This document shows positions 55,951 through 64,000 of a DNA stretch of 64,000 nt, piece by piece; position 1 is the stretch's first letter; every line of letters begins with the position of its first letter. This stretch comes from Bacilli bacterium (GTDB lineage Bacteria > Bacillota_I > Bacilli_A > RFN20 > CAG-826). The translations under genes were made by a program, and so were the position numbers. Below the pieces are notes generated by a model that had not been told where the DNA came from, made no database searches, and saw only the letters and a list, made by a program, of their open reading frames with translations. The stretch lies in NCBI GenBank assembly GCA_024687185.1, contig JAILEX010000062.1, positions 220 to 64,219 on the forward strand, given 5' to 3'.

Positions 55951-56699
55951 CAGACGATGTCCTTTATGTCCTTTGGATGGTCCACATATCCATCATAGGC
56001 GATCTTGCCATCGCTAATGCGGATTAGGTGGTTGGCCACCTCAGCGATCTTCGCGTTATGGGTGACCATGATAACGGTTTTCCTATAATCCTTGCCGAGT
56101 TTGGAAAGAAGGGAAAGGATGGAGGCGCCGGTTTTGGAATCAAGGGCGCCCGTAGGCTCGTCGCAAAGCAATAGGCCAGGGTTTTTGACTATGGCCCTAG
56201 CGATGGCGGTGCGCTGCTGCTCGCCACCGGAAAGCTGGGATGGGAAATTGCCGCGTCTATCCTCTAATCCCACATCGGCCAATACCTTTTCGGCGTCGAA
56301 GGGATCGGGTACCAAACTAGCGGCGATCTCCACGTTTTCCAAACAGTTCAGATTAGGCAATAGGTTATAGAATTGGAAGACGAAGCCGACGTCTTTCCTA
56401 CGGTATAGAGCAAGTTGTTTTTCCTTGAATTTGGATACGTCCCTATCGCCAAAGCAAAAGGAACCGGAAGTCGAGGTATCCATGCCGCCGAGGATATTCA
56501 AAATGGTGCTTTTCCCGGCTCCGCTTGGGCCAAGGATCACGGCGAATTCCCCTTCCTTGACGGTAAAGGAGATGCCATCGAGCGCCCTGACTTCGTTTTC
56601 CTGTCCTTCGTTATAGACTTTGCTCAGGTTTGTGACGACGATATCGGGCACGTTATTTGCCCTCCTGCATCTTGCGGACTTCCTTATATACCTTCGCAT
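55947..56699 (-). CDS. ABC transporter ATP-binding protein (LolD/MacB-type)
   Basis: [35 protein letters not shown]. Confidence 0.8.
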   Translation of the reverse strand: MRRYIRKSARCRRANNVPDIVVTNLSKVYNEGQENEVRALDGISFTVKEGEFAVILGPSGAGKSTILNILGGMDTSTSGSFCFGDRDVSKFKEKQLALYRRKDVGFVFQFYNLLPNLNCLENVEIAASLVPDPFDAEKVLADVGLEDRRGNFPSQLSGGEQQRTAIARAIVKNPGLLLCDEPTGALDSKTGASILSLLSKLGKDYRKTVIMVTHNAKIAEVANHLIRISDGKIAYDGYVDHPKDIKDIVW

Positions 56700-57348
56700 A
56701 GCCTATCGCGGCCATGGTGGAAAGGATCGCGGGAGCAAGGTGTTTTATAATGGTCAATATGATGTCTTGGATCGGTTCTTCGTTCCAAGTGAGGGGGTCG
56801 ATGACGAAGCAAGTGATGGATGCGGCGGAAGAGAGGAAGCCGCAGATGATGCCAACAAGGACGAGGATCCTCCAGACAAACCGCTGCTTCTTCAACAAAA
56901 GCGCGAAGAAGAAGGAGAAATAGAGGACGCCGTTAATGGCGAGAAGGAAGATGTTGGCGATAAGGCCCTCCATGTCTTTGACGTCCCATTCGACGACTTT
57001 GAACAAACATGGGGTCAATAGGCTCGCCGAGGCCATAAGCCAGGCGAAGGAATAGGACTTAATAAACGATTTGCCCCTGATGCTTGTGTCGGCCAAACCA
57101 TGGATGAAGACGATGAGGGTGACGGATAAGACGACTTCCATCGCGCTTTCCGCGACCTCAAGATGGGCCGAGGGCGATTTGACCAATAGGGTGATGAAGA
57201 AATATAACCCAAGGAGGATATGGATGATGTCGAAGAAGGTAAAGCCCAAGAAACCATAGAAACGTTCCTTCTTTTTGGCTTCGTTTAGCTCTTCGGCAGC
57301 CTTTTGCTCCTCTATGATTTCATCCAATTTCTTTTTGAAGTCGTCCAT
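56653..57348 (-). CDS. Hypothetical 6-TM membrane protein embedded in the ABC operon
   Basis: 231 aa with an N-terminal coiled-coil/acidic segment, then hydrophobic helices. It overlaps the downstream ATPase start by 47 nt in the track, so the true start may be internal. Confidence 0.45.
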   Translation of the reverse strand: MDDFKKKLDEIIEEQKAAEELNEAKKKERFYGFLGFTFFDIIHILLGLYFFITLLVKSPSAHLEVAESAMEVVLSVTLIVFIHGLADTSIRGKSFIKSYSFAWLMASASLLTPCLFKVVEWDVKDMEGLIANIFLLAINGVLYFSFFFALLLKKQRFVWRILVLVGIICGFLSSAASITCFVIDPLTWNEEPIQDIILTIIKHLAPAILSTMAAIGYAKVYKEVRKMQEGK

Positions 57349-57366
57349 ACGTTAGCTCCTTTCTTC

Positions 57367-60210
57367 CTACTCGGTACGCAAAGCGGTGACAGGATCTTTT
57401 CTCGCCGCCCCTGCGGCAGGCATAACGCCCGCGATGGAGGTAAGCAAGATGGAAATGACGATAACGATGCCGGCGAAGGCAAGCGGTAAGGCCATGATGT
57501 ACAATCCGAAATTCGCATGGATGATGAGGTTGACGATAAGCTCGATCAAATAGGTTACGGCTATGCCGAATATGCCGGATAATCCGCCGATCATAAACGT
57601 CTCGGCGTTGAATAAGTGGGATACGTCCCTCTTCCTTCCGCCAAGGCTTCGGATGACGCCGATCTCCTTGACCCTTTCCATAACGGAAACATAGGTGATG
57701 ATGCCGATCATGACGGTGGAGACGACTAGCGACAAACTTGTGAACGCGACCAATGCGATCGTTACGATTTCAATGATTTGGTTAATGAGGGAAATGATGA
57801 GTTCTAGGTTATCCGTGTAGTTGATTTCGCTTCTGCTTTCCCTAGAAATCAAGTCGCCGTTAGATAGGACGATGTCCTCATCGTTATTCCACTTGTCTAG
57901 ATAATCCGTTACCTCAAATTTGGTTTCGAAGGAGTTCGGGTAGATCGACATCTTGGTGGGAATCTTCGATCCGCCGACGCTGGATTTGGTCATGGTCGCG
58001 GTCATCGTGGTGGAAGCGCTGCCTCCGCTTGCCATCGAAAACCACGCCGATAAGGCGGAGGTGATATCCATCGTCGAGGTGCCAACCGGGGCGTGCCAAG
58101 TCGATTTTAACGGATTGTCGGTCGGATTGCCCGAGGTTGGGTAATAATAGAAATCGTAATTGTAGGTGACGTTAGTCTCACTATAGACGATCTCATGGGT
58201 TTGGGAATCATAGGTCGAGGTAACGACGGAGGAGATGCTGCCGGTGGAGGCGATTTGGGAGGCGACTTCGCTTCTAATGTTGTCCTTAATGAACCTCTTG
58301 GTGAAGCTAGGCGTGTAATATAGCCCCTGGTCAAGGCAGCCATAGCTGACCGATTCCTTCGGCTTCAATACGCCGACGATCTTCATTTCCATGCCACCGC
58401 TATTCTCATAATTGAGCCAAGCGGGGTCTTCTTCGTAGGCATAGTTAAAGGTATCGTAGTCCCTGGTGGTACCTCCGACGGTCATCTGTTTTGTCGTCGG
58501 GGAGAAGATGGTGTCGTTTGGATAATAATGGAAGGTCTTCGCCATCAATTTCTCGATGGAAATCTGCCTGCTTTCCTGAAACTGCTTCTGCCTTTCCTCG
58601 GTGAAATACTTCACGCGGATCGGGTCGTCTTCTTCATAGCCATAATAATAGATGTAGTTCATTAAATCCTCTTGGGAATAATAACCTAGCATCGTTAGGA
58701 TCAAATCGGAGATCTTGCCGCTATGGTTGAGGACGAGCATCATTTCGTTTTCCGCGGTTGGGAATTTGCCGCTGACCACGTCATATTGGGAAAGGACGTA
58801 GGATTCGTTATCGATGGATTGGCCCACCAAATCGGTGAAGGCGGGGATTTGGTCGGCGAAAGTCGAATATTCGGTCTGGGAGATGATCGCGACGGCATAG
58901 TTCACAAATGCCGCAATCGAACGGGTCACTTCCTTTTCGGCCCCGTTTTCCCAAGTGACGAGGTCGTTGGTATATAGGTTGGTCAAAGGGTCGATGCCAT
59001 AGTCTTTGTCCATGGCCGCGTAAAAGCGCTTTGGCATGTCGTCGACGAAGGCGACATAGTCGGAAGTGATGTCATTGGTGGTAAGGCTATTGCCCAATCC
59101 TTCGGTGGCATCGACCAGCTGTTCGATGACCGAGGTGACGTTTACATAGCCATCCCTTTGCTTCATCTCAATCGCTTCGCTGGTGGCGGAGACGGAATTG
59201 GATAAGGTCATGAGGTTGGTGATGCTCAATGAGGATTTGGAAATGGTGATGGGGTTGCCGGAAAGCATGTCGTCTTGGACCGAGACGATATAGTTGGTGA
59301 CGCCGCTTGATACCGCCAAAACGGCGCTGACACCGACGATGCCGATGCTGCTTGCAACAACCGTCATGACGGTACGCTTCGCCTTGGCCCATAGGTTCCT
59401 GGCGGAAAGGGCAAAGGCGGTGGCCCAGCTCATCTTGGCCTTTTCTTCTTCCGCAGACCTCGATAGATTCGACTTTAGGCCCAAATCGGCGGAGGCTTCG
59501 CGTTCCTTTTCCTCGTCTAGACTAGAATAGGGCATTGAGTCTCCCACGACTTCACCATCGAGCAAATTGATGATACGGGTCGAGTATTTTTCGGCGAGAT
59601 CAGGATTATGGGTGACCATGATGATGAGCCTCTCCCGGGAGATTTCCTTAAGGATGTCCATGATTTGGACGGAGGTGACCGAGTCTAGGGCACCGGTGGG
59701 CTCGTCCGCGAGGATGATGTCGGGGTTATTGACGATGGCCCTGGCGATAGCGACCCTTTGGCATTGGCCGCCGGAAAGCTGGTTGGGGAGTTTGCGGTAA
59801 AGCCCTTGTAGACCCACTTTGTCTAGGGCTTCCCTAGCCAAACGCTCCCTTTCCTTTTTGCCCATGCCGGAAATCGTAAGGCCGAGTTCGACGTTTTGTT
59901 GGACGTTATTCTGTGGGATTAGGTTATAGGATTGGAAGACGAATCCGATGCGGTGGTTACGGTAAACGTCCCAGTCGTGGTCTTTGAAATCTTTGGTGGA
60001 TTTGCCCAAAATCACGAGGTCGCCATCATCATAGTGGTCAAGGCCTCCGATGACGTTTAAAAGGGTTGTCTTACCACAACCCGAAGGACCTAAGATGGAA
60101 ACGAATTCGTTGCGACGGAAGTTGAGGCTTACGCCCTTGAGGGCTTGGACTTCCATGTCGGCCGTCTTGTATGTTTTTCTGATTTTGTCTAGTCGTAACA
60201 TGGAGCCCAC
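57367..60210 (-). CDS. Fused ABC ATPase plus MacB/FtsX permease (paralog of the 6531..9485 gene)
   Basis: [13 protein letters not shown]..., [23 protein letters not shown], a large extracytoplasmic domain, and a C-terminal FtsX domain. Confidence 0.8.
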   Translation of the reverse strand: MGSMLRLDKIRKTYKTADMEVQALKGVSLNFRRNEFVSILGPSGCGKTTLLNVIGGLDHYDDGDLVILGKSTKDFKDHDWDVYRNHRIGFVFQSYNLIPQNNVQQNVELGLTISGMGKKERERLAREALDKVGLQGLYRKLPNQLSGGQCQRVAIARAIVNNPDIILADEPTGALDSVTSVQIMDILKEISRERLIIMVTHNPDLAEKYSTRIINLLDGEVVGDSMPYSSLDEEKEREASADLGLKSNLSRSAEEEKAKMSWATAFALSARNLWAKAKRTVMTVVASSIGIVGVSAVLAVSSGVTNYIVSVQDDMLSGNPITISKSSLSITNLMTLSNSVSATSEAIEMKQRDGYVNVTSVIEQLVDATEGLGNSLTTNDITSDYVAFVDDMPKRFYAAMDKDYGIDPLTNLYTNDLVTWENGAEKEVTRSIAAFVNYAVAIISQTEYSTFADQIPAFTDLVGQSIDNESYVLSQYDVVSGKFPTAENEMMLVLNHSGKISDLILTMLGYYSQEDLMNYIYYYGYEEDDPIRVKYFTEERQKQFQESRQISIEKLMAKTFHYYPNDTIFSPTTKQMTVGGTTRDYDTFNYAYEEDPAWLNYENSGGMEMKIVGVLKPKESVSYGCLDQGLYYTPSFTKRFIKDNIRSEVASQIASTGSISSVVTSTYDSQTHEIVYSETNVTYNYDFYYYPTSGNPTDNPLKSTWHAPVGTSTMDITSALSAWFSMASGGSASTTMTATMTKSSVGGSKIPTKMSIYPNSFETKFEVTDYLDKWNNDEDIVLSNGDLISRESRSEINYTDNLELIISLINQIIEIVTIALVAFTSLSLVVSTVMIGIITYVSVMERVKEIGVIRSLGGRKRDVSHLFNAETFMIGGLSGIFGIAVTYLIELIVNLIIHANFGLYIMALPLAFAGIVIVISILLTSIAGVMPAAGAARKDPVTALRTE

Positions 60211-60227
60211 CTTTCTTTGAGATTCGA

Positions 60228-61115
60228 TTAGTTGTCGTATTTGAGGTCGAGGAACATATCGCCTTCCTCAAGATCGCGCCTAGTGATGGATTCGGCATAG
60301 GTCACGAATTCGTTTAGACCCATGCTTTCGTATTTTTCCCTATCCGCAACTAGGAGCACGTCGATAAAGATGTCGGTACGTTTAATGATTGCCTGCTTAT
60401 GGACCTTGTCCGCGTTTTTGATGCAAACGACGGCGATGGGGGCGCCGATATCGGTGGCGATATGGAAGGAGCCGGGCTTATAGGGGAGAAGCAATTCCTC
60501 GGTCTTGTTCCTCGTGCCTTCCGGGGCAACGCCCATATTGCAGTAGCCCTTTTCCAAATAGGAGCTGCCCTTATGGATGGCTTCGATGCCTTCGGCCATG
60601 TTTTCCCTATTGATGGGGATGAAACCGGCATGGTGGATAAAAGGACCCGCTATCGGGAAATCGAAGTTTTCGGGTTTGGTGATGCAGATAAGCATCGTCT
60701 TGAGCTTGGCGATGATGGCCATCTGGTCGAAGTTGGAACGATGGTTCATGATCATAAGGTAAGGCACATTGGGAAGGGGCTCGCCACGGAGATGGACGTG
60801 GATCCTCGTGAGTTTGAAGAACCACTGCAAGGTCTGGCGGATGACGCCATAATAGAATTTGGATGGTTTGGTGGTCTCCTTCTTCTTGCTTAGGAAGGGG
60901 CCCCAGACGATCAAGATGATTACCCAGACACCGAATAGCAAGACGAAGACGGGGAACCAAAGGACCACGCCTAGAAAGCATAGCCAGGGGGTCGGGCCGG
61001 CCACATAAATCCAATAGATGAAGCCGCCGTCGGCGAGTAGAGACAAAACAAGTGCAATTACTAGAAGTACCATAGCCGTGATTTTACGCGTAGGCGCGAA
61101 AAAAGAAAATGCCAT
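60228..61115 (-). CDS. plsC: 1-acyl-sn-glycerol-3-phosphate acyltransferase
   Basis: HxxxxD motif NHRSNFD and the acceptor pocket VAPEGTR. The start is taken at MAFSFF (GAGAGAAAGA RBS) rather than the ORF-track start, which would run through the intergenic hairpin. Confidence 0.7.
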   Translation of the reverse strand: MAFSFFAPTRKITAMVLLVIALVLSLLADGGFIYWIYVAGPTPWLCFLGVVLWFPVFVLLFGVWVIILIVWGPFLSKKKETTKPSKFYYGVIRQTLQWFFKLTRIHVHLRGEPLPNVPYLMIMNHRSNFDQMAIIAKLKTMLICITKPENFDFPIAGPFIHHAGFIPINRENMAEGIEAIHKGSSYLEKGYCNMGVAPEGTRNKTEELLLPYKPGSFHIATDIGAPIAVVCIKNADKVHKQAIIKRTDIFIDVLLVADREKYESMGLNEFVTYAESITRRDLEEGDMFLDLKYDN

Positions 61116-61206
61116 TCTTTCTCTCTTTTCCATAGAGTCGTCGAAAACCCTGCAAAAACTGGGTTTTTCGTTTTTTGAAAGCGCTATTTTCTTTTTTAAA
61201 GAAACT

Positions 61207-62271
61207 CTACTTGTGCCTCGTCTGGGTATCGGCAACCTTTTCTATGGCTAAAAACGCACTGGGCAAAGGGAAGGAATCCATCCTCTTTTCTAGGCTTAGA
61301 TACGTTAGGTTGGGGAGCTCTTCCTTGGCCTCGATTAAAACCGCTCCCATCTTCCAAACCTTATGCGTGAAAACATGTTCAAACTCGCCTAGAGGGGTTA
61401 TCGAGATGGGCTTGATCCCCTTATTTTGCAATAGGTCCAACAAGGTTTTCTCATCCATGTGGCCTTCTTCCATCGGGAAGCCATACAAAGAGGCGAGCAA
61501 ACCTTTGCCAGGCCTTTTCTCATAGCCTAGCCTTCCATTGGAAGAGAACACCAAAACCGTATGGGGTTCTTCCTTTTTCGTCTTCTTCTTCGTTATGACG
61601 GGGTAATTTTCGGGGCTACCTTCTTCGTTGGCCTTGCATACTTCCCTAAGCGGGCAAGACAAACATAGGGGTTTGCCGTTTGGGATGCATACCCTTTGCC
61701 CAAGTTCCATCACGGATTGGGCCAATAGGCCAGGTTCGATATAGGGGAATAGTTTCCCAAAGTATATGGCGCAACTCTTTTTAACAGAGGGAAAAGATAT
61801 ATCGTCCTTACTTTTGTTTAGCCTAGCGTAAATACGCAAAAAGTTACCATCTACCGGAACTACTTTCTCATGGAAGCAAATCGCCGAGATCGCCGAGGCC
61901 GTATATTCGCCTACCCCAGGCAAAGACAAAAGCTCCTTCTTCTTTTTGGGATAAATTCCCCCATGGCGCTCGCATATTACCTTCGCCGAGGCAAGAAGGT
62001 TCCTCGCCCTGGAGTAATAGCCTAAGCCTTCCCATAGTTTCAAGACCTCTTCTTCCTTGGCATTAGCCAAACTCTCCACGCTAGGAAAGCGCGATAAGAA
62101 GCGCCCATAATAACCGATGACGGCCTCGACCCTGGTCTGTTGGAGCATGATTTCGCTTAAGTGGACGTGATAGGGGTCTTTGTCTATTCGCCAAGGCAAA
62201 GCCCTGCCCTCCTTTTCATAATAGGAGGCGAGGTTTCCCGCGATCATGATCCTAATGTCCTTGCTATTCAC
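61207..62271 (-). CDS. mutY: A/G-specific adenine DNA glycosylase
   Basis: HhH-GPD motif (LPGVGEYTASAI), 4Fe-4S cluster ligands C-x6-C-x2-C-x5-C, and a C-terminal NUDIX-like domain. Confidence 0.8.
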   Translation of the reverse strand: MNSKDIRIMIAGNLASYYEKEGRALPWRIDKDPYHVHLSEIMLQQTRVEAVIGYYGRFLSRFPSVESLANAKEEEVLKLWEGLGYYSRARNLLASAKVICERHGGIYPKKKKELLSLPGVGEYTASAISAICFHEKVVPVDGNFLRIYARLNKSKDDISFPSVKKSCAIYFGKLFPYIEPGLLAQSVMELGQRVCIPNGKPLCLSCPLREVCKANEEGSPENYPVITKKKTKKEEPHTVLVFSSNGRLGYEKRPGKGLLASLYGFPMEEGHMDEKTLLDLLQNKGIKPISITPLGEFEHVFTHKVWKMGAVLIEAKEELPNLTYLSLEKRMDSFPLPSAFLAIEKVADTQTRHK

Positions 62272-62401
62272 CCCAATACTCTAAACCGAATGGGGCAACG
62301 AAACCAAAAGGAGAATTGGAAGAAAGCTAGTTCTTTCTGGAATTGGCTCTCTACTTCGAAGCGATTTTTCGCTATATTTATTTGGCTTTGGTGAAAAAAG
62401 G

Positions 62402-62974
62402 ATGAACAAAGACAAGAAATTGCTCGTACTTGACTGCTTTGGCCTGTTCGCAGGCGATCCTTTCGTGACCTATTTCCTGCGCCATTTCGGTAAAGAGAGT
62501 ATGCCCATCAAAAACAAATACTGCGAACCCGCCGATAAGGGGCTCATCACCTTTGAGGAACTAATGGATGGCATCGAAAGGGAACTTCATGTCGACCGGG
62601 TAGAGATGATGAAAGAGCTTAGGGAGATTGGCAAACCGATTCCCGAGATGATGGCCTGGGCGAAGAAGATGAAGGAAAAGCATCAGGTCGTCCTCTTGTC
62701 CAATTGCATGGACAGAATGATGAACATCATCTTCGACGGAACCGAATTCTTCTCTTGCTTCGACGAGACCTACCTAAGTTATAAACTGGGTTTGGTAAAG
62801 CCATACGAAGCGATTTACAAGAAGCTTTTAGACGAGCATAAAGAATATGAAATGAGTCTTTTCATTGACGATAATCCTGCAAATTTGGTTGAGGCGGAAA
62901 GACTCGGCATGAAAACAATTCTCTATACCGGATTCAACGACATGGTCAAAAAGGCCGAGGCACTAGGATATTAG
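62402..62974 (+). CDS. HAD-like hydrolase (variant motif I LVLDCFGL)
   Basis: Rossmannoid HAD layout with VVLLSNC and a C-terminal LFIDDNPANLVEAERLGM. Confidence 0.5.
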   Translation: MNKDKKLLVLDCFGLFAGDPFVTYFLRHFGKESMPIKNKYCEPADKGLITFEELMDGIERELHVDRVEMMKELREIGKPIPEMMAWAKKMKEKHQVVLLSNCMDRMMNIIFDGTEFFSCFDETYLSYKLGLVKPYEAIYKKLLDEHKEYEMSLFIDDNPANLVEAERLGMKTILYTGFNDMVKKAEALGY

Positions 62975-62975
62975 T

Positions 62976-64000
62976 ATGAAGGTTTTCAAAAGGGGGAGCA
63001 AAAATGGTGCAGAAACCATCCGTTTTGATGTAAATTTCAAAACCGGATTAAATGATGAACAAGTAAAAACCCGTATCGATAATGGGGAAGTCAATAAGGA
63101 AAGCAAGAAGGTCGAGAAGTCTGTCCTTCGCACGTTTTTTGACAATACTTTCACGTTATTCAATATCGTTTTGTTCTCCATTGCCCTCATCTTTTTGATC
63201 TTTATTATGGCTTTATACAATACGGGTAACGCCGAATACGCGAGGGCGCAATTCGGCATCTCGAAATTCGGTTTTCTTATCCCCGCGGTTTTGAATTCTG
63301 GAATCGGCACCTACCAAGAACTCCATAGCAAACACGTCTTGGCGAAGCTTCGCCTTCTAAATAAATCCAAGGCCACCGTCATTAGGGATGGCAAAAAGAG
63401 AGAAGTCGCTAGCGACGACGTCGTCCTCGACGACATCCTTAGTCTAAAAGCGGGCGAGCAATGTCCGGTCGACGTTTTGGTTTTAGATGGCGAGGTCAAG
63501 GTCGATGAAGGGTTATTGACCGGCGAAAGCGATGCCATCGTAAAGAAAAAGGGCGACTACATCTATTCCTCTAGCGCCATATTGGTCGGAAGCTGCGTTT
63601 GCAAAGCCGATAAGGTTGGCGACGATACCTATGCTGCTGGATTATCTAGCAAAGTCAGGGACTTACCCCGCCATAAAAGCGAGCTCATGGGCAGCATCAC
63701 CAAAATCATCCATGTCCTTACCTATATATTATTAGGGGTTGTTGCAATCATCTATGCCACTTTGATGATCAAGATCCACATCCATAATGGCGATCCCGCC
63801 ATCTTCGGTGGGGACTTCGCCCTTTCCTTAGGAGACGTCCGGACGTGGGCTAGGATCAATATAACCGTGGGTAGTTTTGCCATTGGATTGATCCCAGAGG
63901 GCTTGGTTTTGTTGACTTCCATCGCCTTGGCGGTATCAATCGTCAAACTCGCCAGGCAAAATACCCTCATCCAGGAACTTTATTCCTTGGAGAACCTTTC
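62976..64000 (+). CDS. P-type cation-transporting ATPase, N-terminal part. It continues beyond the window.
   Basis: The frame from the ATG at 62976 is open to the window end: MKVFKRGSKNGAETIRFDVNFKTGLNDEQVKTRIDNGEVNKESKK..., the actuator-domain TGES motif (LLTGESDAIVKK), and TM helices. It is missing from the ORF track because no stop falls in the window. Confidence 0.65.
   Translation, partial: MKVFKRGSKNGAETIRFDVNFKTGLNDEQVKTRIDNGEVNKESKKVEKSVLRTFFDNTFTLFNIVLFSIALIFLIFIMALYNTGNAEYARAQFGISKFGFLIPAVLNSGIGTYQELHSKHVLAKLRLLNKSKATVIRDGKKREVASDDVVLDDILSLKAGEQCPVDVLVLDGEVKVDEGLLTGESDAIVKKKGDYIYSSSAILVGSCVCKADKVGDDTYAAGLSSKVRDLPRHKSELMGSITKIIHVLTYILLGVVAIIYATLMIKIHIHNGDPAIFGGDFALSLGDVRTWARINITVGSFAIGLIPEGLVLLTSIALAVSIVKLARQNTLIQELYSLENL

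Noticed and set aside
1-64000. CRISPR arrays, IS elements, integrases, prophage modules
   Set aside because: No direct-repeat / spacer arrays, transposase or integrase-like ORFs, or terminal inverted repeats were found on either strand. The only mobility hint is the compositional MTase islet next to tRNA genes.

Overview
A 64 kb, gene-dense chromosomal segment (about 90% coding), standard genetic code, about 50% GC. Most genes are on the minus strand. It looks like a Firmicutes / Erysipelotrichia- or Mollicutes-like gut anaerobe, judging from the many fused ATPase-FtsX (MacB-like) ABC transporters, Pro/Glu-rich low-complexity proteins, CdaA, Glf and GH3. Housekeeping content: trk K+ uptake (TrkH plus split TrkA), CobB sirtuin, glycerophosphodiester phosphodiesterase, GltX, DeoD, CdaA, Udk, Gpx, MutY, PlsC, HslO, an M18 aminopeptidase, TldD/PmbA and two P-type ATPases. 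There are seven tRNA genes (Glu-UUC, Asn, Glu-CUC, Gly-GCC, Gly-CCC, Val, Thr). Accessory or unusual content: (1) a compact Tad/Flp-like (type IVc) pilus operon at 11.3-16.0 kb (CpaF/TadA ATPase, two T2SS-F-like platform proteins, TadE-like pseudopilin, several orphan secreted/membrane ORFs), with a 50-aa pilin-like gene that the ORF track missed and no recognisable prepilin peptidase or TadZ; (2) an AT-rich single-gene beta-class (SPPY...DPFLGSGTT) DNA methyltransferase islet wedged between a tRNA-Asn/tRNA-Glu operon terminator and a convergent ABC gene, with no cognate restriction endonuclease; (3) an uncharacterised, tightly packed 3-gene operon (92-aa helical protein, 205-aa hyper-acidic coiled-coil protein, 629-aa coiled-coil plus C-terminal 4-TM protein) with an upstream direct repeat; (4) an 800-aa polytopic membrane protein carrying seven [DE][DE]IRxI[IV]xEE amphipathic repeats, long (PE)n tracts encoded by a hexanucleotide simple sequence repeat (SSR), and an unknown C-terminal domain; (5) a recurrent, same-strand intergenic motif C[CA]TGCAAAAC[CA]CC (at least 7 copies); (6) two cis-regulatory RNAs that the ORF track cannot show: a T-box leader (candidate Trp specifier) upstream of a COG2984/COG4120/COG1101 TrpXYZ-like ABC operon, and a yybP-ykoY (Mn2+) riboswitch-like leader upstream of a P-type ATPase. 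No CRISPR array, prophage or obvious IS element was seen.
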